Of a stretch of 64,000 nucleotides of DNA, positions 7,669 through 16,970 are shown piece by piece; the first letter of the stretch is position 1; each line of letters opens with the position of its first letter. Made by a program: the position numbers and the translations under genes. The notes under the pieces were generated by a model. The model worked only from the letters and a program-made list of their open reading frames with translations, made no database searches and was not told the DNA's origin. Origin of the DNA: an uncultured Pseudomonadota bacterium (lineage in GTDB: Bacteria; Myxococcota_A; Polyangia; Fen-1088); assembly GCA_963847705.1 (NCBI GenBank), contig CAWKBC010000030.1, positions 384,001 to 448,000 on the forward strand, in the 5' to 3' direction.

Positions 7669-10023
7669 ATGCTTGCACGTAACGCCTCTCCCTTCGCCTT
7701 GGTCACTGTCCTCGGATCCGCATTGTTCGTGGTTGGCTGCGCCCAGCCCGCCACCAGTCCCGGCGGCGGGACCGGTGGTAGCGGCAATGGGACCGGCGGC
7801 AGCGGCAATGGGACCGGTGGCAGCGGCAATGGGACCGGTGGCAATGGCAACGGTACTGGCGGAAGCGGCACGGGCACGGGCGGCAACAGCACGGGGACCG
7901 GCGGTACCAACACGGGGACCGGCGGCCGGGTCACGGGGACCGGCGGGAACAGCACCGGCACTGGCGGGACTGGGACTGGCGGGACCGGGACTGGGACCGG
8001 CGGGACCGGCACCGGCACCGGCGGGACCGGCACGGGCACGGGCGGAACCGGCACGGGCACGGGGGGCACGGGCGCCGGCACCGGCGGTGGCGGCGGATCC
8101 CGCCCCTCGGGTTGCCCTGCGGATCCCAACACCATCTCTGATTTCGAAGAGGGAACAACCGGCGTCGTCATCCCGCAGGGGGGGCGCACCGGCTGGTGGT
8201 ACGTGTTCTCGGACGCCACCAACAACGGCGGGATGTCCCCGGCGGCGAGCTCGACCGGACCGATCACCTCCACGATGCTCCCGTCGAGCGATCCCAACTC
8301 CGGCACCTGCGACAAGTGGGACATGGAGGTCAAGACGACCGCCGCCCACACCACGTGGGGCGCCGGGTTCGGCACGTCGCTCGACCAGATCATTCCGCCA
8401 CCGACCAGCACGACGGCCAAGACGAAGAACCCCTACGACGTGAGCGCGTACAGCGGGATCAGCTTCAACATCAAGTCGGCCTCGGGCACGGCGCCGCCCG
8501 TCTGGTTCGAGCTGGCGACGCTCAACAACCAGCCGGTGCCGGACGGAAGCATCAAGACCTCCGACGGGACCTCGGGCGGGACGGCCTCGGCCCCCAGCAG
8601 CAACGGCACCGACGAGTACAACACCCGCGGCCAGTTGATCAAAAACATCGGGACCAGCTGGACGAAGGTCTACGTTCCGTTCGGGACGCTCGGGCCCCGC
8701 TATCTTCCCGCTTCCACCGCCTCGGTCTGCTCGAACAGCGCCGTCAAGTGCGAGGCGCCTCCGTTCAAGGCGACCGACGTCCTGGGCCTGCAGTTCGCGG
8801 GCTACACCCAGTTCGCGACGGCCGCCGGAACCTTCGACCTGGTCGTCGACGACGTCGCCTTCTACACGGGCAGCAACGGCCTGGCGGCGTTCACGCCCGG
8901 CATGCTCGCCAAGGACGGCGCAGATCTGGGGTCGTGCAAGAAGCCGACGGGCGCCACCATGGACCAGCTCACCAACATGTACGCCAACTGGAAGTCGACC
9001 TTCGTCACCCCCTGCGGAGGCAACTGTGTCATGCGCCCGGAGAATGCGAACGACGTCGTCTCCGAGGGGATCGGTTACGGCATGTTGATCGCCGTCAACA
9101 TGAACGACAAGACGCTGTTTGATGCCCTGTGGTCCTACGAGCAGGGGCACAAGGCAGCGGGCAACCTGATGACCTGGTGCCTCGGCAGCGCGAAGTCGGG
9201 TGGCATGGGCTCGGCCTGCAGCCAGTCGGGCGGCTCCGCGACCGACGCCGACGAGGATATGGCCTTCGCTCTGCTCGTGGCCGACAAGCAGTGGGGCGGG
9301 ACCTACAAGTCGACGGCCACGTCGGTCATCAGCGACATCTGGTCGCACGACATCGACACCTCGTCGATGTTGCCGACTGGTGGCAGCAACTACGGCAACA
9401 CCAGCAGCAAACCGACCGATCCATCGTACTTCGCCCCCTCCTACTACCGCATCTTCGCGACCGTCGACTCGTCGCACGCCTGGGGTACGGTGGCGACCAA
9501 CGTCTACACCGCGATCAACAAAGTGGCGACGAGCTCGGGTCTGGTCCCGGCCTGGTGCAGCAACAACTGCTCGGCGGTTGGCAGCAACGGTGGCAGCGAC
9601 GACGGCATCTACCAGTACGACTCGCACCGGGTGCCGTGGCGGCTCGGCCTGGACGCTTGCTGGAACGGTACGACCACCGGAAGCACGTTCCTGACGAACA
9701 ATGCCAAGTTCTTCCAGAACATCGCTTCTCCCGCGAGCGGTGGCGGCGGTGTCGGACGTATTCAGGACATCTACACGCTCTCCGGCGCCGTCAACGGCGA
9801 CGCCGCACCGAACTCCATGTCGATCATCGGGACCGCGGGCTTCGGCGCGATGGCGGTGGGCAACGCCTTCGCCAGCACGGCGTACCAGTTCGTCCTGGAT
9901 GCGTCGTACTCGCCCGCCTCGACCATCCCCGACACGAACGGCAGAGTGTCGTACTCCTATTTCAACGCGACCGTCGGCCTGCTGACCGCGCTCACCATGA
10001 GCGGCAACTTCAACCACCCGTAA
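7669..10023 (+). CDS. GH8 glycoside hydrolase lipoprotein with Gly/Thr linker and a CBM11-like beta-sandwich
   Basis: TAAGGAG SD; lipobox VVGC; long GTGG linker; YDVSAYSGISF...VDDVAFY carbohydrate-binding-like domain; GH8 motifs VSEGIGYGML, ATDADEDMAFALL, DPSYFAP, YDSHRVPWR. Confidence 0.88.
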   Translation: MLARNASPFALVTVLGSALFVVGCAQPATSPGGGTGGSGNGTGGSGNGTGGSGNGTGGNGNGTGGSGTGTGGNSTGTGGTNTGTGGRVTGTGGNSTGTGGTGTGGTGTGTGGTGTGTGGTGTGTGGTGTGTGGTGAGTGGGGGSRPSGCPADPNTISDFEEGTTGVVIPQGGRTGWWYVFSDATNNGGMSPAASSTGPITSTMLPSSDPNSGTCDKWDMEVKTTAAHTTWGAGFGTSLDQIIPPPTSTTAKTKNPYDVSAYSGISFNIKSASGTAPPVWFELATLNNQPVPDGSIKTSDGTSGGTASAPSSNGTDEYNTRGQLIKNIGTSWTKVYVPFGTLGPRYLPASTASVCSNSAVKCEAPPFKATDVLGLQFAGYTQFATAAGTFDLVVDDVAFYTGSNGLAAFTPGMLAKDGADLGSCKKPTGATMDQLTNMYANWKSTFVTPCGGNCVMRPENANDVVSEGIGYGMLIAVNMNDKTLFDALWSYEQGHKAAGNLMTWCLGSAKSGGMGSACSQSGGSATDADEDMAFALLVADKQWGGTYKSTATSVISDIWSHDIDTSSMLPTGGSNYGNTSSKPTDPSYFAPSYYRIFATVDSSHAWGTVATNVYTAINKVATSSGLVPAWCSNNCSAVGSNGGSDDGIYQYDSHRVPWRLGLDACWNGTTTGSTFLTNNAKFFQNIASPASGGGGVGRIQDIYTLSGAVNGDAAPNSMSIIGTAGFGAMAVGNAFASTAYQFVLDASYSPASTIPDTNGRVSYSYFNATVGLLTALTMSGNFNHP

Positions 10024-10149
10024 ATCGAGCGGCGCCTAATGTGGGCGGTGGCCGGGGCGCGGTGTCTGACCCACACCGCGCCGGTCGGCCCTCGGAGGGG
10101 CATATACTGGCCGAGAACACCGGACCTCACCAACGAGGTCGGAGGGCCT

Positions 10150-10481
10150 TCATAGCCAAGCTCGCTCTCCGGGGTCGGCTGGCGCGATTGGTTTTCCTGT
10201 CGGCGATCGCGACCGGCGGCAGTGGAGGCCACTCGCGGATCGGCGGTGGCGCGTCGGGGGGCGCCGCGCCGGCCGGCCGCACAGGTTTCCCGCGAGCTCG
10301 GCGATCTACCAGGACATCTCGGGCGCGGCGGTCGATGCGGAGTCGACCGCGATCATGAGCGCGCTCGATGCGTCGGGGTGAGGGAGCGGGCTCGGGGATC
10401 GATGTCTCGTTCACCATTCTCACTGCAGACGCCAGCGTCACGCGGCGCACGTTCACCTCGAGCGGCGATGAACCCGACTGC
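10150..10481 (+). pseudogene. Decayed 5' fragment of a secreted protein gene
   Basis: FPASSAIYQDISGAAVDAESTAIMSALDASG then TGA at 10379-10381 (probably Trp), GSGLG, +1 shift in GGGG at 10394-10397, IDVSFTILTADASVTRRTFTSSGDEPDC, then abrupt end; 5' boundary approximate. Confidence 0.6.
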
Positions 10482-10526
10482 CGTCGACGTGGAGAACGTG
10501 ATCGCCACGTCGTCGCCCCGAGTAAC

Positions 10527-10799
10527 ATGGCAACTCCTTCGTCGCCCCGTTTCACCGACACCCAGGGCCAGTACCTGGCCTTCATCCACGCCTACGCCTT
10601 GGTCAACGGCCGCCCGCCCGCCGAGGCCGATATCCAGCGCTTCTTCGCTGTCACGCCTCCCAGCGTCCACAACATGATCAAAGAGCTGGAACGACGCGGT
10701 CTCATCACCCGCGTCCCTCGCAGCATCGCTCTTTCGGTACCGGAGGACGAGCTACCCCGTCTCCGGCGACCGATCAAAATCACTGTGGAAAGGTACTAG
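10527..10799 (+). CDS. Small winged-helix DNA-binding protein (LexA N-terminal/MarR-like), no peptidase domain
   Basis: FTDTQGQYLAFIHAY..NGRPPAEADIQRFFAVTPPSVHNMIKELERRGLITR. Confidence 0.75.
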   Translation: MATPSSPRFTDTQGQYLAFIHAYALVNGRPPAEADIQRFFAVTPPSVHNMIKELERRGLITRVPRSIALSVPEDELPRLRRPIKITVERY

Positions 10800-12205
10800 T
10801 ACGGCATGCCGGGGATCGGCATCGTCAGCTTGAAGACGCCCTTGCTCGGGGCGGAGCCGCCGAGAGTCCCTTGTGCGGTGATGTAGAGGGTCTTGTGGTC
10901 GCTGCCGCCGAAGGCGGAGTTCGTGAGCTGCCCGCCGCCGGGGATCCCCGTGATGGTGGTGAGGTGGGTGCCGGCCGCGGTGGGGCTCGGGTGGGCGCTG
11001 CCGAAGCTGACCACGTCGATGTCATGCTGGTTCACGCGGACGATGTAGAGATCCCCCGCGCAGTCGATGGACATCCCGTCGGTGGCGTTGTTGTTCAGGT
11101 TGGCGCCGTCGATGGCCGTGGCGGTGGTGACGATCGTGCCGTCCGCGTTGACGGCGTAGGCGTTCACGCCTCCACCGTATCCGACGTAGAGCGTCTTCTC
11201 GTCGAGCGACAGCGTGATGCCGTTCGGACCGCTGAGCGTGCTGATGAGCTCCGTGGCGGTCGAGGCGTTCGGCGGGACCATGTAGACGCCCGTGTTGGGT
11301 TGGGTCGGGCTCGACGTCTGGAAGGAGGGGTCGGTGAAGTAGATCGTCCCGTCGCTGCGGATGGTCAGATCGTTGGGCGAGTTGAATCGCTTGCCGTTGA
11401 ACGAGTCGATGACCGTCGTCTTCACCCCGCCGGGCACGGTGAATCGGACGATGCCGCCCACACCGTGGTTGGCCGTGACGAGGTTTCCGTTCGGGTCGAC
11501 GGCGTTGCCGTTCGATCCGGAGTCCCCGCCGCTGCCCGGCGGATAGAACTGGGTGACGGCGTCGCTCGAATCGATCTTGAGGAGGCGTGACGGCGGCGGG
11601 TTGGGAGAGCCGAGCATCTCCGAGAAGTAGAGCGCGTTGCCGATCCAGACGGGACCCTCGACGTTGGTGAAGCCGTTGCCCTGACTGCCGTCGAAGCTGT
11701 CCATGGGGGGCGCTCCGGCAATCCGGGTCGCCGTGCTGCCGGCGGGGATCGCGCTCGCGGCCGGGCTGGTCATGCCGGACGGGCAGGCGTACGGCGTGAA
11801 ACCTGAGCCGCTGCCGGCCGCGCCGCCGCTGCCGCCGGCCTGCCCCCCGCTGCCGGTCGCGCCACCGGTGGCCGACCCGCCGGTGCCGCTGCCGCCGGAG
11901 CCGGTGACGCCGCCGGTGCCGCTGCCGCCCGAGCCGGTGACGCCGCCCGTGCTGGTGCTGCCGCCGGTGCCGGAGTTGGAGCCGCCCGTGCCGGTCGAGC
12001 CGCCGGTCCCGGTGTTGGAACCGCCGGTGCCAGGGTGGGAGCCGCCGCTTCCGGTGTTCCCGCCGCTGCTGCCGCCAGTGCCGGTCGCGCCCTGGCCCCC
12101 GGTGCCGCCGCCACTGCCGCCGGCGCAGGCCAGAAAGGCGACTGAGCAGGCGAGTGGAATGAAGGAAGAGCGCAGACGAATCTTACGAGTGGGGGCGATA
12201 AACAT
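10796..12205 (-). CDS. SMP-30/gluconolactonase family lipoprotein with Gly/Ser/Thr linker
   Basis: Lipobox FLAC; EGPVW, SNG, RFNSPNDLTIRSDGTIYFTDP, PNGITLSLDEKTLYV, DGM, TNSAFGG propeller motifs. Confidence 0.88.
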   Translation of the reverse strand: MFIAPTRKIRLRSSFIPLACSVAFLACAGGSGGGTGGQGATGTGGSSGGNTGSGGSHPGTGGSNTGTGGSTGTGGSNSGTGGSTSTGGVTGSGGSGTGGVTGSGGSGTGGSATGGATGSGGQAGGSGGAAGSGSGFTPYACPSGMTSPAASAIPAGSTATRIAGAPPMDSFDGSQGNGFTNVEGPVWIGNALYFSEMLGSPNPPPSRLLKIDSSDAVTQFYPPGSGGDSGSNGNAVDPNGNLVTANHGVGGIVRFTVPGGVKTTVIDSFNGKRFNSPNDLTIRSDGTIYFTDPSFQTSSPTQPNTGVYMVPPNASTATELISTLSGPNGITLSLDEKTLYVGYGGGVNAYAVNADGTIVTTATAIDGANLNNNATDGMSIDCAGDLYIVRVNQHDIDVVSFGSAHPSPTAAGTHLTTITGIPGGGQLTNSAFGGSDHKTLYITAQGTLGGSAPSKGVFKLTMPIPGMPY

Positions 12206-12304
12206 TTCGGGAATCTATCACGGCCCGGGGGCCCGGATCCGTGCGCCAGGCACGCTTCCGTGCTGCCACCGGGCCCCGAAATCATGTTATGAAACCGGGG
12301 CCTC

Positions 12305-12379
12305 GGTGCCGTGGCCAAGTGGTAAGGCAAGGGTCTGCAAAACCCTCATTCCCCGGTTCAAATCCGGGCGGCACCTCCA
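12305..12379 (+). tRNA. tRNA-Cys(GCA)
   Basis: GGTGCCG acceptor, AGGGT-CT-GCA-AA-ACCCT anticodon arm, GGTTCAAATCC T-arm, CGGCACC-T-CCA end. Confidence 0.96.
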
Positions 12380-12447
12380 AGACTTTCTGACTTCACCCTC
12401 TGGCGCCCAGAGGTCTCGAGCTGATCGCGTCGCTCTGCTCGCGCGAG

Positions 12448-12483
12448 CCCATCGCGGGGGCGCGGGACCCTCCCAGGGTCCCG
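12448..12483 (-). repeat. Palindromic intergenic repeat, family A copy 1
   Basis: CGGGACCCT-CCC-AGGGTCCCG perfect 9-bp stem; reverse complement continues CGCCCCCGCGATGG as in copy 2. Confidence 0.75.
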
Positions 12484-12484
12484 A

Positions 12485-13654
12485 CTAGAACGACAATTTT
12501 CCCAGGACGCGGGGGCCGGCGGCGCCGGTGACGGCCGGGATGTTGCCGGCGGCGCCGAACAGCGTCTGGTTGGCGAGGACGGCGAAGGCGATCGCCTCCT
12601 TCGCCTCGGGGTCGACGCCCAGGGCGGCCAGGCTCTGCACGGGGATCGGCGCCAGCAACTCGACCAGGTGGCGCATGAGGGTCGGGTTGAGCGCGCCGCC
12701 GCCCGAGACGTAGACCTCGTCGGGCATGGCGGGGAGCGCCTCGCGATAGCTGCGGGCGATCGCCTCGGCGGAAAAGCGGGTCAGCGTCGCCAGCAGATCG
12801 TCCTTGCAGTCGCCGAAGCGGGTGAGGAGCGGGTAGACGAACTCCCTGCCGAAGTCCTCGCGCCCGGTGCTCTTGGGCGGCGGCTGCGACAGGAAGGGAT
12901 GGCGGTGCAGCTCGGTCAAGAGCGCGTCGTCGATCTTTCCGCGGGCCGCGCGGATGCCGTCGCGGTCGAACGCCTCGACGCCGTCGGAGGCGGCGCGGGC
13001 CACGGTGTCGAGCGGCATGTTGCCGGGGGCGTTGTCGAAGGCGACCAGATCGGCGAGGCGCTCGCTCACCAGCGTGACGTTGGCGATGCCGCCGATGTTC
13101 TGCATGGCGCGCCGGCGGCCGGGCGCGCGGAACAGGAGGTGGTCGGCCAGCGGCACCAGCGGCGCCCCTTCGCCGCCAGCCGCGACGTCGCGGACCCGGA
13201 AGTCGCTCACCACCGGGCAGCCGGTCCGCTCGGCGATGACCGCCGCCTCGCCGATCTGCAGCGTGGCGCCGACGCGTCCGGCGGAGCGGGGGTGGTGCAC
13301 GGCGGTCTGGCCGTGCGAGCCGATGAGGTCGACGTCGCCGAGCGGCACGCCGGCCGCCGCCGCCACGGCGATGGCCGCCTCGGCGAAGGACTCACCGAGC
13401 AACACGTCGAGGTCGCACAGCTCGGAGGCGTTGGCCTCCGCCAGGCGGAAGATCCTTTCGCGCAGCGGGCGGGCGAACGGGGTGCTGACGAAGCCGCGCA
13501 CCGTGCAGCGGGTGGTGTCGTCGACCCCCTCGATGGCGCAGAGCGCGGCGTCGGTCCCGTCGGCGCTGGTCCCCGACAGCAGGCCGATCACCAGCCGCTC
13601 GGGGCGGGCGCGGGCAGCCTGAAGGCGCGCCAGCGGCGCGCGCGCGACGTTCAT
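12485..13654 (-). CDS. anmK: Anhydro-N-acetylmuramic acid kinase
   Basis: IGLLSGTSADGTD, IGSHGQT, DFRVRDVAAGGEGAPLVP, NIGGIAN, PKSTGREDFG, KEAIAFA. Confidence 0.95.
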   Translation of the reverse strand: MNVARAPLARLQAARARPERLVIGLLSGTSADGTDAALCAIEGVDDTTRCTVRGFVSTPFARPLRERIFRLAEANASELCDLDVLLGESFAEAAIAVAAAAGVPLGDVDLIGSHGQTAVHHPRSAGRVGATLQIGEAAVIAERTGCPVVSDFRVRDVAAGGEGAPLVPLADHLLFRAPGRRRAMQNIGGIANVTLVSERLADLVAFDNAPGNMPLDTVARAASDGVEAFDRDGIRAARGKIDDALLTELHRHPFLSQPPPKSTGREDFGREFVYPLLTRFGDCKDDLLATLTRFSAEAIARSYREALPAMPDEVYVSGGGALNPTLMRHLVELLAPIPVQSLAALGVDPEAKEAIAFAVLANQTLFGAAGNIPAVTGAAGPRVLGKLSF

Positions 13655-13656
13655 GT

Positions 13657-13756
13657 GCGGGAACCCTGGGAGGGTTCCCGCCCCTCCCGCGATGGACGAC
13701 AAACCACTCCGCGAAGGAGGACCTTCGCAGGGACCCCAGGCTGGGCAAAGCCCAGC
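13657..13756 (+). repeat. Palindromic intergenic repeat, family A copy 2 (three hairpins)
   Basis: GCGGGAACCCT-GGG-AGGGTTCCCGC, then GCGAAGG-AGGA-CCTTCGC and GCTGGGC-AAA-GCCCAGC. Confidence 0.75.
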
Positions 13757-13772
13757 TTCGTCCGCGCGGCTG

Positions 13773-14717
13773 TCATACCACCTCGGTCGGCGCGCGGACC
13801 GGCAGATCGCCGACGATCGCCCGCAGCGAACCCTTGTGCGTCACCAGCAGCTCACGCGCGCGCGGCGCCGAGACCCCGGCGTGGTGCATGACGAGCGCGA
13901 CCTTGGCCCGACCTCCGGCCTTCTCGATCAGCTTGCGCGCCGTGGCCTCGTCCAGCCCCGAGAGGGAGCGAACGATCCGGATGGCGCGCGCCCAGAGCTT
14001 GGCGTTGGTGGGCCGGACGTCGACCATCAGCCCGGCGTAGGTCTTCCCCAGCAGCACGAACGCCGTGGTGGAGATGGCGTTCAGCGCCACCTTGGTGGCG
14101 GTCCCCGCCTTGAGCCGCGTCGAGCCGGCGATCACCTCGGGGCCGGTGTCGAGCGCCACGACCACGTCGGCCGGCATGTCGCCGCCGCTCGCCGCGCAGG
14201 TCACGAAGATGGTGGCCGCCCGGCGGAAGCGGGCGTACTCGAGGGCGGCGCGTACGAACGGCGTCACGCCCGAGGCCGCCACGCCGCACACCACATCGGC
14301 CGGTCCCACCGCCACGCGCCGCATCCGCTGCTCGGCGTCGCGGGTGTTGTCCTCGGCGCCTTCGACGGAGCGGGTGAGCGCGGAGGGGCCGCCGGCGATG
14401 ATGGCGACTAGGCGCGAGGGCGGGACGCCGAAGGTGGGGACGCACTCGACCGCGTCGAGCGTGCCGAGGCGTCCGGAGGTCCCGGCGCCGACGTAGACCA
14501 GCCGCCCCCCGGCCCCCAGCTTGTCCGCCGCCAGCCGTGCCGCCCGCCCGATCGCGTCGGCCTGCGTTCGCGCGGAAGCGATCGCCTTGGCCTCCTCGGA
14601 CAGCATCAGGGCGGCGATCGCCTCGGGCGCCAGCGTGTCCAGCCGGGTGGCGCGGGGATGCACGGCCTCCGTGGCAAGCCGCGCGAAGTCCGACGCCGTT
14701 CGGCGAGGTCCGGGCAC
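13773..14717 (-). CDS. murQ: N-acetylmuramic acid 6-phosphate etherase
   Basis: TEAVHP, GGRLVYVGAGTSGRLGTLDAVECVPTFG, VEGAED, TGPEVIAGSTRLKAGTATK, LMVDVRPTNAKL. Confidence 0.95.
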   Translation of the reverse strand: MPGPRRTASDFARLATEAVHPRATRLDTLAPEAIAALMLSEEAKAIASARTQADAIGRAARLAADKLGAGGRLVYVGAGTSGRLGTLDAVECVPTFGVPPSRLVAIIAGGPSALTRSVEGAEDNTRDAEQRMRRVAVGPADVVCGVAASGVTPFVRAALEYARFRRAATIFVTCAASGGDMPADVVVALDTGPEVIAGSTRLKAGTATKVALNAISTTAFVLLGKTYAGLMVDVRPTNAKLWARAIRIVRSLSGLDEATARKLIEKAGGRAKVALVMHHAGVSAPRARELLVTHKGSLRAIVGDLPVRAPTEVV

Positions 14718-14749
14718 GGTGTCTATCTTACCGCGTGGACGGCGCCGGG

Positions 14750-15583
14750 CTAAGCCCGGTGCTGTCCTTCGCGGGAGGAGGCGAGGCCCAGTACGGCGCG
14801 CATGTCGTGGAGCCCCGGCTCGCGGCCGGCGACCCAGAGCGCGGCACGCACGGCGCCGACCGCGAAGGTGTCGCGCGTGGAGGCGCGGTGGGTGATCTCC
14901 AGCCGGTCGCCGTTGCCCAGGAAGAAGACGGTGTGGTCGCCGACCACGTCGCCGCCCCGAATCGTCTGCACGCCGATCTCGCTCGCCGCCCGCGGACCGA
15001 TGTCGCCGTGGCGGGCATAGCGGCCGGCGCTGGCCAGCTTGCGCCCGGTGGCATTGGCCAGCGTCTCGGCCAGGGTCAGCGCCGTCCCCGAGGGCGCGTC
15101 CTGCTTGGCCCGATGGTGCGCCTCGACGATCTCCAGATCGTAGCCGGGGCCGAGCGCGCGGGCCGCGTCGGCGATCAGCTTGAGCATGACGTTGATGCCG
15201 ACGGAGTAGTTGGAGGCGAAGACGATCGGGATCTTCAGCGCGGCGAAGTCGATGGCCGCGCGGGCATGGGTGCCGACCCCCGTCGTGCCGATCACCAGGG
15301 CCGTGCCGGCGGCGGTCGCGGCCACGGCGACCGCCTCGGTGGCGCTGGCGTTGGTGAAGTCGATCCAGACGTCGGCAACGCCCCGGGCCGGCAGCGCCGA
15401 GTCGATGAGGACGCCCGTCGCTTCGATCCCGGCGCGCAGACCGGCGTCCGCTCCGATCGCAGCCGCGCCGGCCCGCTCGGAGGCGGCGGTCAGCACGGCC
15501 TCGCTCCCGGCGGCTTTCACGGCGCGGGTGAGCGCGCGTCCCATCCGCCCGTCGGCTCCGAGAACGGCGATCCGGACCGGCAT
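14750..15583 (-). CDS. dapB: 4-hydroxy-tetrahydrodipicolinate reductase
   Basis: GADGRMG, IDFT, IGTTG, NYSVGIN, EAHHRAKQDAPSGTA, RGGDVVGDHTV; start 2 nt after the dapA stop. Confidence 0.95.
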   Translation of the reverse strand: MPVRIAVLGADGRMGRALTRAVKAAGSEAVLTAASERAGAAAIGADAGLRAGIEATGVLIDSALPARGVADVWIDFTNASATEAVAVAATAAGTALVIGTTGVGTHARAAIDFAALKIPIVFASNYSVGINVMLKLIADAARALGPGYDLEIVEAHHRAKQDAPSGTALTLAETLANATGRKLASAGRYARHGDIGPRAASEIGVQTIRGGDVVGDHTVFFLGNGDRLEITHRASTRDTFAVGAVRAALWVAGREPGLHDMRAVLGLASSREGQHRA

Positions 15584-15585
15584 GG

Positions 15586-16467
15586 CTAAAGGACGCCGAG
15601 CTCTTGCAGCTGTGCCCGGAGCTTCTCGCGGTGCTGCGGCGCCAGCGGATAGAGCGGCGGGCGGATCTCGTCGGCGATTCGCCCCATCATCGCCATCGCG
15701 GTCTTGACCGGGATCGGGTTGGCCTCGACGAAGAGCCCCTCGCCGAGCGGCAGCAGCCGGTAGTGCAGCTCCCGCGCCTTCTTCCAGTCGCCGGCGGCGG
15801 CGGCGTCCCACATCGCGCTCATCTGCTTCGGCGCGACGTTGCTGACGACCGAGATGACCCCGCGCGCGCCCAGCGCGAACAGCGGGAAGGCGGTGGCGTC
15901 GTCGCCCGAGAGCAGCGCCACCTGGTCGTTCTTGCCGCCGAGCTGGGCCAGGATCTGCGACGCGCGCAGCGCCGAGCCGGTGGCCTCCTTGACGCCGACG
16001 ACCTGGGGGAGCTCGGCGAGCCGCACGATCGTCTCGGGGAGGAGATCGCAGGCCGTCCGGCCGGGGACGTTGTAGAGCACGCTCGGCAACGGCACCGCCT
16101 CCACCACCGCCTTGAAGTGGCGGTAGAGGTGCTCCTGTCCGGGACGGTTGTAGTAAGGGGTGACCAGCAGCAGGCCGTCGGCGCCGACCCTGCGCGCGGC
16201 CGCCGACATCTCGATCGTCTCGCGCGTCGAGTTCGAGCCCGTCCCGGCGATCACCGGAACGCGCTTCTTGGTCGCCTCGACCACGAGCTGGATCACCCGC
16301 AGGTGCTCCTCGTTGGTGAGGGTGGGCGACTCGCCCGTGGTGCCGACGGGGACCAGCCCGTCGACGCCGCTGGCGATCTGCTCGTCGACCAGGCGGCGCA
16401 GCGCCTCTTCGTCGACGGCGTCGCCCCGCAGGGGCGTCACGAGCGCGGTGATGACTCCGGTGAACAT
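15586..16467 (-). CDS. dapA: 4-hydroxy-tetrahydrodipicolinate synthase
   Basis: GTTGESPTL, TPYYN, LYNVPGRT, GVKEATG, NPIPVK. Confidence 0.96.
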   Translation of the reverse strand: MFTGVITALVTPLRGDAVDEEALRRLVDEQIASGVDGLVPVGTTGESPTLTNEEHLRVIQLVVEATKKRVPVIAGTGSNSTRETIEMSAAARRVGADGLLLVTPYYNRPGQEHLYRHFKAVVEAVPLPSVLYNVPGRTACDLLPETIVRLAELPQVVGVKEATGSALRASQILAQLGGKNDQVALLSGDDATAFPLFALGARGVISVVSNVAPKQMSAMWDAAAAGDWKKARELHYRLLPLGEGLFVEANPIPVKTAMAMMGRIADEIRPPLYPLAPQHREKLRAQLQELGVL

Positions 16468-16528
16468 AGTTCACCTTCTATAACACGCGACCTCGCGGTC
16501 GGATCGCGCGCGTGAGGCGATTCGGACG

Positions 16529-16969
16529 TCAAGCGATTCGATCGGGAAACCGGACCAGCGGGACGAAGGCGCCGCCGACCAGGCGGCCAGCCGCCGCGCG
16601 GACGCCGCACAGGTTGGCCATGGCGAAGACGGTTCGGCCGTGGGGCGCCGCCAGCGTCAGCGAGCGCGGGTCGGTCTCGATCCCGTCGGGTCCGCGCCGC
16701 ATGAGCAGCACCTGAAGGGTGGGCGTCGGCGTCTCGGGCGCCAGGCGCCACTCGATCTCGACGGTGTCGTCCTTCTCCGTCACGCGCAGCCCCGGGACCT
16801 CGATGGGGGCGAGGGAGGGATTCTGCGCCAGCTCGGAGATGCGCGTCTCGTACCGCAGTCGAATGCCGGCGTCGTCGGCCCCCTCGGCCAGCCGCCGGAA
16901 GATCCCGATGGCCTGATCGATCAGGCCCTGGCGAACGCACAGCTCGGCCATCGTCTCGGTGTCGAACAC
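16529..16969 (-). CDS. Hypothetical protein with an N-terminal TPR-like helix pair
   Basis: TETMAELCVRQGLIDQAIGIFRRL; starts 1 nt after the ribF stop, co-oriented. Confidence 0.65.
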   Translation of the reverse strand: MFDTETMAELCVRQGLIDQAIGIFRRLAEGADDAGIRLRYETRISELAQNPSLAPIEVPGLRVTEKDDTVEIEWRLAPETPTPTLQVLLMRRGPDGIETDPRSLTLAAPHGRTVFAMANLCGVRAAAGRLVGGAFVPLVRFPDRIA

Positions 16970-16970
16970 C

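Noticed and set aside
10056-10082. Hairpin GGCGCGGTGT-N7-ACACCGCGCC after GH8 as an intrinsic terminator
   Set aside because: No U-tract on either strand, so function is unsupported
10379-10381. TGA as selenocysteine or recoded Trp
   Set aside because: A frameshift and truncation follow within about 100 nt, and TGA is a normal stop throughout the window
12241-12270. Sigma-54 promoter-like GGCACG...TGC
   Set aside because: The -24/-12 spacing is off by one on the plus strand and the match is weak on the minus strand
12305-12484. tRNA-Cys as an integration site for an island
   Set aside because: No integrase, no duplicated tRNA 3' end seen, and core anmK follows immediately
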